Positions 12,471 to 25,900 of a stretch of 64,000 nt of DNA are shown here, one piece after another. The notes under the pieces are model-generated. The model saw only the letters and a program-made list of their open reading frames with translations. It ran no database searches and was not told where the DNA came from. The stretch is taken from contig CM052832.1 of NCBI GenBank assembly GCA_028534125.1, positions 14,634,001 through 14,698,000 on the forward strand, read 5' to 3'. The translations under genes were made by a program, and so were the position numbers. How positions within the stretch are numbered: the first letter of the stretch is position 1; the number at the start of each line of letters is the position of its first letter. The stretch comes from Lama glama (lineage: Eukaryota).

Positions 12471-13235
12471 ATGACCTTACCTCCTAGTTCAAAGGGGCAT
12501 CTCCTCCACGTCTTGCCTTTGGGCCCTATTATCTTGTAAAGCAGTGCTTTTCACACTTCCTCTGCGTGTGAGAGCTGAGAGAGCTTATTTGTTACCCTCA
12601 TTCCCCTGGTTCTAGGGTGAAAATCCCAAATAAGCTTAAAATGCCCTTGAACTCTTCTGTGTTGTCTTAAAAAAAACACAGTGTTTGCAATCTACTTTAT
12701 AATACCCCATGGGATTTTTTTCTTAAAGTCTTTTACACTTAAAATGAATTTTATTTATTCACTTTTGAATAGGTAATAAATACACATGGTGCAAAATGAG
12801 GAAAGCACAGAAAAGTATGTCCCCCAGGCACATCCTTCTTCCCAGTTTCTTGCATATCCTTCCAGACACAGACTGAGCATATGCAAACATACACATGTTT
12901 CCTGGCTCTATTTTACAAATGCATAATATTTCATTGTATGGATGTATGGTCAATTTATTAAGTCCTCTATTGATAAACACTTAAATTGTTTCCTGTCTTT
13001 TGCTGTTACAATGATGCTGCTGTATATAGCTAAATGGCATACATGCAAGTATATTTGCAGGATAAATTTTACAACTGGAATTACTGGGTTAAAGAGCTTT
13101 GCATTTATAAGTGTAATAATTATGAATTTAATCATAATTTAATGAGTGGGAATCATCTGATTTAGCTTAAACTAATTAACATTCCTTTTTGATTTCATTC
13201 ATAGGGCAAACTTGTAATAATGCTAGTAGTGAAAT

Positions 13236-13830
13236 TGAGACAGGAATGGGGCAGGGCACAGCCATTCAAGGAATAACGCAGCAGTTAACACCAAAATGGC
13301 GAAAGATCAATCCCCACTAGGCCTTGAGGCTCAAGGTGGCAGGAGATTTGACCTCTAGCAGAACTTGATCCTCATTATATGCTCACTGTAACATATTAGC
13401 ATAGTAAATAACATGCCCAAGGCTGGCCACAAAAGGTCAAAGAGTAGAAAATGGCCAACTTCCTGGGAATCCCAGCCCCTTCCCCAAGGTAGTTAGACCC
13501 GTCCTTCCACTTATTAGCATAGGAAGCTACGGAGCCCATAAAAACTGACAACACAGTGCCTTGCAGCCACCCTCTCTCCCTCCCTCCTCTTAGGAGATGG
13601 CCATCACTCTGTCTATGGAGTGTGTACCTACTTTTACTCTAATCTGAGCACCCAACCCCCACACCTCATGGCCTTTCCCTTGCCTCTTGATGTATCTCTC
13701 TAAATAAATCTACCTTTACTTAACAGTGGCTCGCTCTTGAATTCTTTCCTGCATGAAGCCAAGGACCCACACTCAACTGAGGCCTGGGACACGGCCCTCC
13801 TCATGCCCCAAATCAGTTTTTCCTGCATCA
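13236..13830 (+). mobile_element. ERV1-type solo LTR (about 595 bp)
   Basis: TG...CA termini, approximate 4-bp TSD (aaat/aatt), TATA-like cataaaa, AATAAA at about 13703, typical 'cttgaattctttcctgcatgaagccaagga' U5. Confidence 0.8.
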
Positions 13831-15309
13831 AATTTAGGATTAATGCTATGATAAATATAATTTTAGGTAATTTGTTTGGGATTCTCAGGAGGAGGGCAAT
13901 TTCTAGATCAAACAGGAGGAATGTGATAGCTACTAGGAAAAATTTTATGGAAAAAGGGAGTCATGCTGATCCCATGGAATCAAATCCACATTCATAGGGG
14001 CTTAGTTTTTCTGTATAAATATTTAGTTGAGGGAATATTCAGTCTGATATGTTAAAAAGTCATTGTATTTTAATTATAATTGTGTATTTTTTGAAAACCC
14101 ATAATTCTTAGTTCCATTCCTAGACTTCTGAGCCCTGAAATTCAGGGGAGAGACTGAATCCTGGAGGAGGACTTGTCTCTGTCCTCTGAGCTGTACTTCC
14201 AGCTTAGAGGGGGCTTACCTTTTCACAGATGTCTCACTGGGGAGGGTCATATCATTGTGGCCTTGCCCCCTAGCTTTTCTTTTTGAACTGAAACCTCAAT
14301 ACCATGAAGTGGATTCAGGAAACTTTTATTTGATCTTTCCATTTGGAAACAACAGCAGGACCCAGGGCACCAATTATGGAAGTTCACACCAGGCCCCCCC
14401 AAGTGGATGTAAACAAAGCTATGGCTGAGAACTCATGACTGTGGCTGATGAAAGGAAGCGTAGTTTCTGAGGACTTAACCCAATCTTTAGCCCTCTCTAC
14501 CCTGCAAGAAAAATCAATTAAGATGTGACCTAGCTCCTGCTTCCCAAGGCCAGTGCCCAGAGACAAGGCTCTTGACACCTAGTCTGGGCAAGTAAGAACA
14601 CTAGGACCACAATGAGAATGCCCACTTGGCGCCTACAGGATAACAGCAGAGTCCATCCTTTTTGTCTGGCCAAGTGAGGAGGAAATAATTATTTACTAGT
14701 TTAGCTGTGACTGTTGCCTCCCTCACAGTAAACAAAGGGTTCACTGCTGGGAATAGAAAGGTAAAGGGGGGAAAGATACAGTTCACGATACTTTTTCAAA
14801 ATTTTGATGTTTGAACTTACTTTTTAAAATTAAGTATGAATGTTAAAATTAAAAAAAAAAAAAGTAAAGAAAAGAAAAATGTGGTAGGAGAACCACACCA
14901 AATGTCCTGGCTGCACTGTGGGCCCATGTCCCAGAACCACATCCTACAAACTGCCTTCTTCAGCAGACAGACTCTTCAAAGAAGTGACTCAGATAACACG
15001 CAGCCTCCCAAACCTTGGCTCACCCTTGAACTCACTCCCCCAAATCGCAAGGATTTGGGGGAGGGGAAGGGCTGCTTTACTGGGTCTGCTCAGATTGCAA
15101 GTGATCCAGCCTGGCTGACTCTGACTTAGGCTTCATTGACTATATGTGAAGCTATGCCACTTGAGAAGAGCGTTTAGCCTGAGATTTTTAATCTTAAGAA
15201 TCCCCCTTGTCCCTTACCTTTTGGATGTCCTTTAAAATCCTTCACTTGCTCACCAAAGAAGTCTGTTTAGCAACTGGCCTTCTGAGTTTAAAGAAGAAAA
15301 ATGTATTTG

Positions 15310-17830
15310 TTTGATTCCAATACTAAAGTCTTGGGATTCAGAACCTAGAGATAGGGAAAGATTTCTTCAGACACAGAAAACAAATAGTCATTTAAAAATT
15401 GGATAAATTAGACTTCATCAGAATTTAAAACTTCTGCTCATACTACGACATAATTAAGAAAATGAATAGGAAAGCCACAAACTAAGAGAATATATTCATA
15501 AAACATTTCAAAATTACTTGTATCTATAATATATTTTAAAATTCTTACAAATCAATAAGAACCAAAAAAAATTTTAATGAGCAAAAGACTTGGACACTCA
15601 CAAAAGAAAATATACAAAAGGCCAATTAGCCCATTAAAAGATGCTAAAAGATGCTATTCACTAGGAAAATGCAAATTAAAACTACAATGAGATACCATCA
15701 CAAACCCACTATAATGGCTAAACATAAAGAGATAGAAAATATCAAATGCCGACTAGGATAGAGCAACTGGAACTCTCATTTGTTTCTGGCAGGAGTGAAA
15801 AATGATACAACTGCTTTGGAAAAATATTCAGTATTTTCTTATAAATATACACCTATTCTATGACCCAAGAATTCTGCTCCTAAGCAATTACTCAAAGGAA
15901 ATGAAACATATATCAATACAAAGACTTGACTAAGAATGTTCAAAGAAGTTTTTTTCATAATAACCTCAAGCAGAAAACAACCCAAATGTCCATCCCAATA
16001 AAATAGTTAAATTCATACAACAGAAAGTTACTCAACAACAAAAAAGGGACTAACTACTAAAATACACAACAGTCTGAATGAACTTCGCAGATACAAATAT
16101 TATGCTGAACAAAAGAAGCCAGACACAAAAGAGTACATGCAGTTTGTTCCAATTATATGAAGATCTAGAACAGGCAAAACTAATTTATGGTGGAATAAAA
16201 CAAAAAGCATGGTTGTGTCTGGGGGTGTCAAATTGCTGAGGCAATGGAAATGATGGAAATGTTCTATATTTTGATAGGAGGGCAGGTTACATAAACATAG
16301 GCATTTGCCAGAATTCATTTAATTGTGCACTTAAGATTTGTGAATCTCACTGCCCATCTCCTTCCCCAAAAGCCCCCTGCAAATAAATATTGACCTATAC
16401 TTGGTAGATTAGACTCTAGTAAATGAGAAAATATACTGAGAGTAATGGGTGCCATTTATATCACATTAGGACAAAGGGAGTTACAAAAATGGAGAGGGGG
16501 AACATACTACATGATGTTGGATTAGATTTGGAGATACCAGTATGAACTCATGGTCTTATACAAATTTCCTGGCTTTGTCCACTGAGAGAGCCTAGAGAAG
16601 CAAAGATATACCAGCTGTTATGAGTAAAAGTAGCCCCCTAGATCTTAGTTTCTAAATACCATTCTCCAACAAGGGGAATCAGGGTTTCTTCGATAACAGA
16701 CTTCTGGAGAGAAAGTATAAGGTGAACCTGAAGAATCTTCTTGTGCCTGAAAGTAAGAAAGTACTCAAACAATGTTGGGGATATATCAAAAGAACACAGA
16801 AGCCAGGGCTCCACTGGCTAAATCTGGGACAATCTGAGCATCAAAAATAAATAATAATGGTAGTAGATTATGACCCATTGAATCAAATAAGAATCTATGA
16901 GTCTATTCTGACATAAATAAATGACTAAGTAAATAAATAAGGAAGAAGGAGATATTCCTTATAGTACAGCTTCATCTGTTAACATAGAAGGAATGATGGA
17001 GTTGGAAAATCATCGTGGATGCTAAAGCATGATGCTAAAGCATGAGGAGGAAAAGTCTCCGTGTCTCCTCACCAGCTTCTTTTTAGATATAAAGGGGAAA
17101 TTAATAACTTTACAGTAAAGAGATCTGGCAGCCTCCACCCTAACGTACTGATCAAAATCAGCATTGTTCATATTAAGACAAACCAACATCATATATCTCC
17201 TGAGATAATGTTATATTCCCGTCAAAATGCATAATCTGAATTTAAGGCTGAGGGAACATCAGTCAAATAAAAATTGAATGACATTCTGCTGTATTAAAAA
17301 TAAAAAAGCTATATTTTTTCAAAAGTGTCTATGTTGAGAAAGGCAAAGCAAAGCTGAGGAACTGTTCCACATTAGAGGATACTAAAAACTCCTGACAATT
17401 AAACGCAAAGTACGATTCTGAACTGGATACTAGATTGAAAACAGAAATAGGTAAAATGGATACTATGTAGACACTTGCCAAATTTTGAATATCGGCTGTA
17501 TACATTTCCTATGGCTGTTGAAACAAACTACCACATGTTTGGTGAGTTAAAATAACACACATTTGTTCTCAGTTCTGGAAATTAGAAGTTCAAAATTAGT
17601 TTCACTGGGCTGAAATAAAGGTATTGGTAAGAGCGTAGTCCTTCTGGAATGGTAAAGCACAATGTCTCCAACTTACTTTTGAATAAATCAGAAATACATA
17701 TATGTAAAATGGAGCAAAATATAAACAATTAAGGAATCTGGATATAAGGTGTACAGGAGTTCCTTGTACTATTTTTGCAACTCATCTGCAAGTTTGATTA
17801 TGCAAAAATTTAAAAATACCAAAAGAGTAA
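15310..17830 (+). mobile_element. Old L1M ORF2 3' end/3' UTR fragments with a short MaLR insert near 17500-17640
   Basis: Typical L1 motifs 'gaaaatgcaaattaaaactacaatgagatacca', 'cccaaatgtccatc', 'aaagaagccagacacaaaagagtaca'. Confidence 0.75.
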
Positions 17831-18833
17831 CTAGTAGGGATAATAGAGGCAAGGATATAAGAAAAAGTGTCATTCTTAGATCAGTAGGGTAGATTCCTAA
17901 CCAGAGCCAGGAAAATGGGTTAGATAATAACACTTCTTTGCATTTAGATGATATTTATTTTGCAAATCATGTCATAGCCACTGTCTTATTTGATCCTTGC
18001 AATAAACTTGTGGCATTGGAAAGGCAGGTATTTTTATTTCCATTGTACAAATGAAAAAACCGAGCCATTTAAGGGACTTATCTAAGATCCTACATGAGGT
18101 TAGTGGCAGAATTAAAGATCAGAAACTCTCTCCAAATCTTCCTGTGCTAGTTGTAAGGAAATGGTTAAGATGGGCTTAAGTCAGACAGACCTGCACTAAA
18201 ATCCTGGCTACCACTCACCTAGCTGTTTCAATCAGGGTACAGCAATTGTGTGGTAGTGACAAATAAATCCCTGAAATGTCAACACTTTAGCACAACCAAG
18301 GTTTATTTGTTGTTCCCATTATAGTGTAATGTAGGCCAGTCAGCTCCCTTAAGACGCTCCCCTCCAAACAGTTAATCAGCACTCTAGGCTCTGTCCTTGG
18401 GAAGGAGGTGGGGGGTGTGGGGGTCCTTGGGTTCTAGCTGTGCAAATAAGAAAGAGAAAAAGTAATTGTGGGTGGGCTGTCTTAAACCTGGAAATGGGGT
18501 GTATCACATCTGTATTCTATTGATCAGAATTCGATCACATGCTCTCGTTTAAATGCATAGAGACCTGGGAAATGCAATTTCTTCTGTGTGGTCAAAAGGA
18601 AAATAACAGTTTAGTGAACATCCAGCTCTGGCTCTGCCATACTAACTATGTAAACTTGAGCAATTTATTTAAAATTCTAGGTTTTCTCATTCATCAAATG
18701 GAAACAATGATACCACCTAGGGTTGTTTTATTAAATGAAGCACACGACATACATGACATACACGACGTGTACAGCATAGTGCCTGGCATACAGTAAACCA
18801 TAAATTCTTACTATTAATATCTATTAACTTCAC

Positions 18834-20154
18834 ATGTCTCTTATAGTCCTAGTTGTATCAATTCTCTGGCTAGTGGTGGCAATTATTCATGCCAAACTTT
18901 TCTATGTGCTGCCCACTTGTTCCTTGCTCTCTGCCCACAATGTAATGTAGATTTCTTTCATCAGAAAGATAGATCAAGACCTTGGAGCAAGTGCCCAGGA
19001 GGCAGGATGCAACATGAAGAGCAATAGGTTACAAAGTGTCATTTTGCAAAATACACCTCAATGCAGAGGCCTTGGGCAGTGCAGGCAGCTCTGAAACCCC
19101 TGGCATTACTGAGATGGCCCCTCTCGTTGTTCTTAACAACAGGTCTTGGCAACTTCCAACAAAGCTGGCTAAGAAGTCTATTTTCTACTCTGGAATTTAG
19201 AGGGAGAGGAAGGAGTGGTCAGATATAACATGAGAGGTCAGATATAACAGCTGTCCAAAGTTTACAACTTTCCCCACACTCAATGTCACAGTAGTTTAAG
19301 GTGGCCCAACTAAGGCCTGTCCAAAGAGGCCCAACTAGGGACACTCTGGGCCTCCTGGTAACCTGAAGAACAGAACACTGGGATCTATGAACAGGAGGAG
19401 TAGGGTGGACTCCTCCAAAGAGTCATGCATGACCATTTCTTTTCTGCTGGATAGAAACATCCTTTTCAGTTTGGAAATATGCACCTGGGGTGAAAATCTG
19501 GGACCTGCCACTTGCATAGGCCGACTCCATTTCCTACATACTACTAAACTATGATTTATCCCACTGGCACAGAGGGTGGTTTAATCTTCTAGTTTGTGAC
19601 CAGAGTTGGGAAGTTTAGCAAATTTGGTAAACAATGTAACTCATGATGATGTTGCAAATTAATCTTATTTTAGATTAGTAGATGTCCAAGGATCTCTTGG
19701 TATTTACAAACTAGCAGATTTAGAACACATTAAAGTGAAAACTCAAGACTCCATATCAAAATTTGAATCCACTTGAAACAGACTGCAACTTTTACTGAAG
19801 CCTTCACTCAAACGTGCAACTTTTGATCATTCTTGTGAGAAGCCCTCCAAGCATTTCTGGTGGTTAGCTGTAAACCTTGGACGTCTTTGTGGCTCAAGTC
19901 AACATGAGTGTTCAGAACTCATGTCTTCTCGATGCAAGACCAAAGTCCAATCAGACTTGCCCTGGGATCAATGTTAGGTCCTGCTTAATTCTGCTGTTTG
20001 CCAACTAACTCCCAGACCCTGGATTTTACCTGTCTCAATCTATGGTCTTGTTCCATTTCCCTGTTACATTCATTATCTCTGTGACTTGATTCATTTCTGC
20101 TCGTATCTGCCAGATTCCAGGAAGTCCTGTTTTCTTACTATTTATCATCAGTGA
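18834..20154 (+). pseudogene. Candidate decayed protein-coding sequence of uncertain family (weak IRG-GTPase-like hints)
   Basis: About 240 codons (19433-20151) with only 4 internal stops and one -1 frameshift at about 19615; no recognisable repeat. See findings. Confidence 0.35.
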
Positions 20155-21699
20155 CCCCAGATTTCTGTAATGGGGGTTCTTTGGAAGAGTGGTCTCCTTG
20201 GAAGGTAGTCAGGCAGGCTTCTCTTCTCATACGATTCCAAGGGCTCCCTTACACTGTATTTCCCATAAATGATACCCCTTGGATTTATGAAACTCGGAAA
20301 CTCTGATTTTAGGAAATTGTTATGAAGTTGCATTTCCCTAGCACTTTTTCTACTTAAATTATGTGTTAAATTGGAGAGGTTGATGGGAAGGGAAGCTAAA
20401 GTTCTTCCCCAGCCACCTCTTGGTACTGCCACTGCCAGACATAAAAATAAATGTGTGAAGAAAAATTGAAATCAAAAGTTGTGGCATTCTGCAGTTACCA
20501 CCAACACCTTCAGAAGGGTCAAGAAGTGAAAGAGCAGAAGTGAGACTAAACTGAAAACTAGAAAAGGTAAGAAAAAAAGAGAAAGATTTTGCCAGAAGCA
20601 AACCTACATGTAAGGGTTCTTAATCCCTTGCTACTGGTTCAGAGGAGGATGGCTCATGACACCCTATTGGTTAAAAGGCTTTTCTGGAAGAGGAAGGCAT
20701 CACAAAGTCATGAGTCAGATAATCCAAGTGAACATCTAAATCCCTAACTTCCAGTTACTGAACCCGTGAAAATTGCTTCCCTTTCCCAGTGAGTCTCCTG
20801 GTCTATACAACAGGATCAGTGACCCAGCCCACTTTACAGGGTGTTGTGAGGCTCAAATAAAGTAATGATGTAAGAGTCTAGTGAGGGGTTTGGTTTGCTT
20901 TGTATTTTAAGTTTCAGTTTATCTAAAATCTTCTATGCCTTCTTGGAATTTCCTCTAAACATTTTAGGGAACCTGACAATCATTTCAAATGCAATTTGTT
21001 TCTATAAACTCCCCTTCTTCCTCCCACCTTTATCTGTGTTCACAGTGGCCTCAAAGTCCTCTTTTACAATGCAAATGACCCCCAGGGAAAAACACAGCTG
21101 ACACATCTCTAAATAACACTTAATTGTCCATAAATGCTTCAGCTCAGAGCAGGTATAAGATGTGGGATGGGCCCCTGGGAAGAAAGAGAGAACCACTTGG
21201 AGGCTCAAACTCTGTAGAGGCTCAGAGACCTGATAGCAGATGAGGTGAAAAGCAAACTTAAGTTTGCTTCCCAATTTTGCAGAGGGAAAAAGCCAGGCAG
21301 GCCAGGACTGTCTTTCAACAATTTTCTTATATGTGCCAATTCCTATCCAAAGGGTTGGAATCATTTTTTCCCTTTGATATGTATATATTGTAAATGTATA
21401 TGTATAAATTATATTTAATTGAATTCCTTAACTGACAAACCATAAATGGCTAGACAGGAGTTGGAATATGAGGTTTGCCTGGGGGATTTTAGTGCTATGT
21501 CAGCCCCCAATTCACCCCTGAGAAATAAACTATGAAGGGATGAGGAAAATATTGAACATTCTCAGGAAAAAAGCTCAGAATTGTCCGTTTCTACTGGGCA
21601 GGAAATCTGGCCATTTTCTATGGCTGTTTTTTCAAGTTCTTAATATTTACCATCCAAACTCTGAATAGCTTTCTTCTTGCTGTTCTGACACTTTCTAAT

Positions 21700-22740
21700 G
21701 AAACTTTTTAAAATTTAAAGTATAACTGTGTATAGCAAAATGTGAACATCCTAAACTTGATGAATTTTTCCCTGAGTTACCTGTGTAACTCCAGATCAAG
21801 TTATACAGAACGTTTCCAGTACCCTAGAAGGCTTTCTCATGCTTCCATCTATAATTAACAGCCACTATCCCTTCTTTCCCATCTTTTCCATAGATAATCA
21901 GCATTCGAACCTCTATCAGTAGAGATTAGTTTTGCCAATCTGTGTGAATCATACAGAATATGCTCTCTTCTTGCATGTGCTCTTTCAACATTATGTCTGT
22001 GCAATTCATCCACGTTGTTGCATATAGCAGGAGTTCAGATTTGTATTTAGTATTCTTTTGTGCGGATAGATCACAACTTACCCTTCCCACTATTCCTTGC
22101 CATTGGGTTGTTTCCAGTTTTTGGTGATTATGAATAGCACTGCTATGGACATAAGCACTCTCTTCTCTTATGTATACACCTGGGAAGGAAATTGTTGGGT
22201 CAGAGGGGTAGGCATGGATTTAGCTTTCACGGATAGGGCTGAATAGTTTTTCAAAGTAGTTGTTATCAACAAATTCCCACCACAAATGTATGAAAGTTCT
22301 GATTGCTCCACAACCTTGCCAATATTTAATATTGTCATTCTTTAACATTTTTGCCATTCTAATGGGTGTATATCTTGTTTGTAAGCTTTAATCTGCAACA
22401 AGTTCTTAAAAGGTACATAGGCTTATTGGGAATTTTGGATATCTTCTGTGAAGTACCTGTTCAAGTCTCTTGCCCATCTAACTATTGGGTTGTCTATATT
22501 TTACTTAGTTATTTGTAAAAGAGATTTTTTTCAAATATATTTTCCATTTGAGTCCTTTATCGGATGCATGTATTGTGAATATCTTCTCCCAGTCTGAGGC
22601 TTACTTACCTCTTCACTCTCTTAATGGTATCTTTTGATGACTGCATTTCTTAATTTTAACATAGTTCAATTTATCAAGTTTTTATTTTATGCTTGATACT
22701 TTTTGTGTCCTATTTAAGAAATTTTTTGCCTACTCTCACT
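21700..22740 (-). mobile_element. Old L1M fragment
   Basis: Antisense L1 motifs 'ttgggttgtttccagttttt', 'tgtgaagtacctgttcaagtctcttgccca'. Confidence 0.7.
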
Positions 22741-22825
22741 TTTTTAAAAATAAAAAGTTATTATTTTCGAAAGTACATTGTAAAAAGATGTGAACATAGT
22801 ATAGATTGTCAAAAAGGAGAAAAAT

Positions 22826-22962
22826 GAAGGAAGGGTATAACTCAAGTGGTAGAGGGCATGCTTAGCATGCATGAGGTTCTGGGTTAAACCCCCAGTACCT
22901 CCTCTAAAACTAAAAAAATAAATGAACCTAATTCCCTCCCCCACCAAAAAAAAAAAAAGAGA
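22826..22962 (+). mobile_element. tRNA-derived camelid SINE (Vic-1-like)
   Basis: Same consensus as the other copies; poly-A tail; TSD-like gagaaaaat. Confidence 0.85.
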
Positions 22963-25900
22963 GAAAAATAATCACTTATGTTGCTCCTATCCAGAAATAT
23001 AACCTTTATTAACATTTTGGTACCTATTTTAGTACTTATAAATGTTTATAAATGTAGTTTTTTTTTCCAAAAAAGTGGGATGATACTGTACTTATTTTTT
23101 AGTTAGTCTTTTTAAACCTAGTTTTATATAAGTATCAATTTCCTTTGATTGAGACTCATTTGAGAAATCTACCATAGTGTTAGAATTTTAGACTCAGGTC
23201 TGCTCCTAGCTCAGGGCCACAGGAAAGTCACTCCAAGTCTCTCTACCCTGGAATTCTGAATGTCTGAGGATTCACTCATAACAGAGACATGTTGCTATGT
23301 GTCTTTTCCTTCTTCTAGTGTTTTGACTGACTCACTTGTAATCCAAATGACCCCTTAGGTCAGAGTAAACAAAAACAAGAACTATGTGGCAAGGTAATCC
23401 TGTGTCTGAAGCAGAAAGAGTGTAGGAGATACACACCACAGCTTTGTTTAAAATCAGCTGTGGTTGTATGACCTTAAGGGACTTCCCTGGAGAGGAGCTA
23501 AGAAATGAAGCTTTGCTTTTTATCAGAAGGAAGGTGGTTTAGAGAGTTGAGGACTTTCAGGGGGAAAACAAATTACTGCTATGTTTAACTCAAAAACTGG
23601 GGAGAAAGAACCCCAAATTTTAAAAAGGCACCACAAAAGGTAAAAGCAAAAAGCACTGCAAAGATCTTCTGACTGGCTTCTTTCATTGAATAATATCAAA
23701 TACTTGGTATTAGTGTTATTGTCATTATTCCTGTTTTTTATGACTCAAATAGCATGAGAATCAAATAAAATAATAGAAATGGAACCTCTTTGTGAAGAAG
23801 CAATTGCTGTGGAAATGAAAGGATTGATTTAGCCACTGGGGTAGTCAGTCTTTTGTGGGAATGGTGAGGTGTCCAGACGAACTTCCTAGAGGAAAAATAA
23901 AATTGTAGAATTTGGAAACATAACAGGACAAAAACACCCTCTATTATTAAAAAATAAATTACTCATTTGAAAAATGTTTGGCTGACTCTTATCCTAAAGC
24001 TTTCCGCTTGTTCAGTTAAGGTCTCTTCACCATGAGACCTGCTACCACTAGTCCAAGTCAGTTTCCTCTAACCTTTGTGCCATGCTATGTGTGGGTGTGG
24101 AACATGGAGGATCTTACGAGGCGGCTATCAGCCATCACCCACAAGCCTAGCCATCCATAAAGGCCTTTGACCTACCCAAGAAGGTTGGTGGAGGCCACCA
24201 ACAGACCTGGAGCCAAATGTTACCTTTGATTTCTAACTAGTCAATATTGCTCTTGTGTAATACAGTGAGAAGCTTGGGTACTTTTTTTTATTTCATTTCT
24301 GTGGATTATGACTCATTCAGGAATTTGCCTGTTCAAATGGTCCTGCTCAAATGCAGATAATTAACAACAATCAAAACTCTGGGGATTATTAGCTCAGACT
24401 ATAAATGAAAAGCCCTCTTCACTCTAATCTAATCTGATTCTGCTTTGCATTGCCTCACAGAGAATTTCTTGAAGACTTGAGGCCTCAGAAGAATCTTCTC
24501 AGAGTTTACTGTTTATCCTCCTCATTCCAAGTCACAGGTAACTTGGCCTTTACTATAGTGTTACTACTGTGTGGTGATGGTAGATGGTCTCTAGGTCTGG
24601 GCAGGGTCCTCTGGGCCTGATAGGAAATTTAAGCACATCCTACCAGTAACAAAAGAAGGTTAGGAAAAATTGTTGAACTGCCTTTTCACTGGCCTGTGTG
24701 ATGCTATAGGATTTTTCCTCCTTGCTTGGTACTGCCTCCCTTTTATTTTAAAAAAATTTTGAAATGTTTCAAGAGGGAGGAGGGTGTGGTTATTAAGAGA
24801 CTCTGAAACCAGACTGTCTTCAATTCCCAGGATCACCACGTACCAAATATATAACATCTGGGCAACTCTCTTATCTCTGTACCTTAGTTTCCTCTTCTGT
24901 AAAATGCGGGTAATCATAGTTACTACCTTATAGGATTGCTGAAATGATTAAATTAGTTAATACAGGTAAAGAACGTAATGTATGACATAAGCACTACATA
25001 AATGTTTCCTGCTTATATACATATATACGTATAAAGAATAACATAACAAACACTCATGTCCTTACATACAAATCCTAACATTATGCCCCATTTGCTTTAG
25101 ATATTTTTAAAGAAATAAAATATTATAGAAACAATTACACATACACACCCAGGTATCCCTCCCCTATCATATTCCCCTCTTTTTCTTTCTTGAGATAACA
25201 ATTATCCTGAATTTATTACTTGTTATTTTTTAAGGTGATATATATGAATCATAAAAATTATATACTATTATTTCACATACATTTAAACCTCATAAAAATG
25301 GTATCATATTGTATGAATCCTTCTGCCATTACTTTTTCCATTTAGCCTTGTGATTTTGAGATTTACTCACATGGCCATATATGGCTAGTTCACTCAGTCG
25401 TGTTTGAGTTCATGAGTATATCACAATTGATCTATCCATTTTCCTGTTAATGAACGTGGAGATTGCTTCCAATTTTTTGCTCTCATAAGTGTTGTTGCAA
25501 TGAACATTCTAATGTGTCTCCTTGTCACACATGTGAGAATTTTCTAGGGCACATACCTAGAAATGGACTTGCTGGAATGTAGGGAAAACCACTTCAAGTT
25601 TCCTAAACATAGCCAAGTCACAAGGGTGCCAGGTGATTGTCTCAATTTTCACTTTCCCAGTAGAGAATGAGTAGTCCTCTGGCTCCAGGAGCTCAGTAAT
25701 ACTGATTAAGCTCATCAGTTTCTTCATCAAAAGGAAAACAGTATCTATGATAATGAATTCAAAAGCTCTTCTATAAATAAAAGGAATATCTTGTGAGATG
25801 TTATTGCTAACCCACTATGTGTTGGGCATCATGCTAAGTGCTTTTATTTACCTTCTCTTATTTAGGTCTCCTATGCACTGTAAGAGGGAGGAGCTAGAGG

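Noticed and set aside
17018..17043. 13-bp tandem duplication gatgctaaagcat
   Set aside because: Simple slippage within an old L1 fragment; not an array.
18834..18950. Signal-peptide-like MSLIVLVVSILWLVVAIIHA ORF
   Set aside because: Stops after 38 codons, lies in a different frame from the downstream decayed ORF and overlaps an acceptor-like sequence; hydrophobic runs are common in T-rich DNA. Kept only as the possible 5' limit of the decayed ORF.
19433..20154. Bornavirus N/G or foamy-virus Env identity for the decayed ORF
   Set aside because: By-eye comparison with recalled sequences showed no shared motifs; a database search is needed to exclude this formally.
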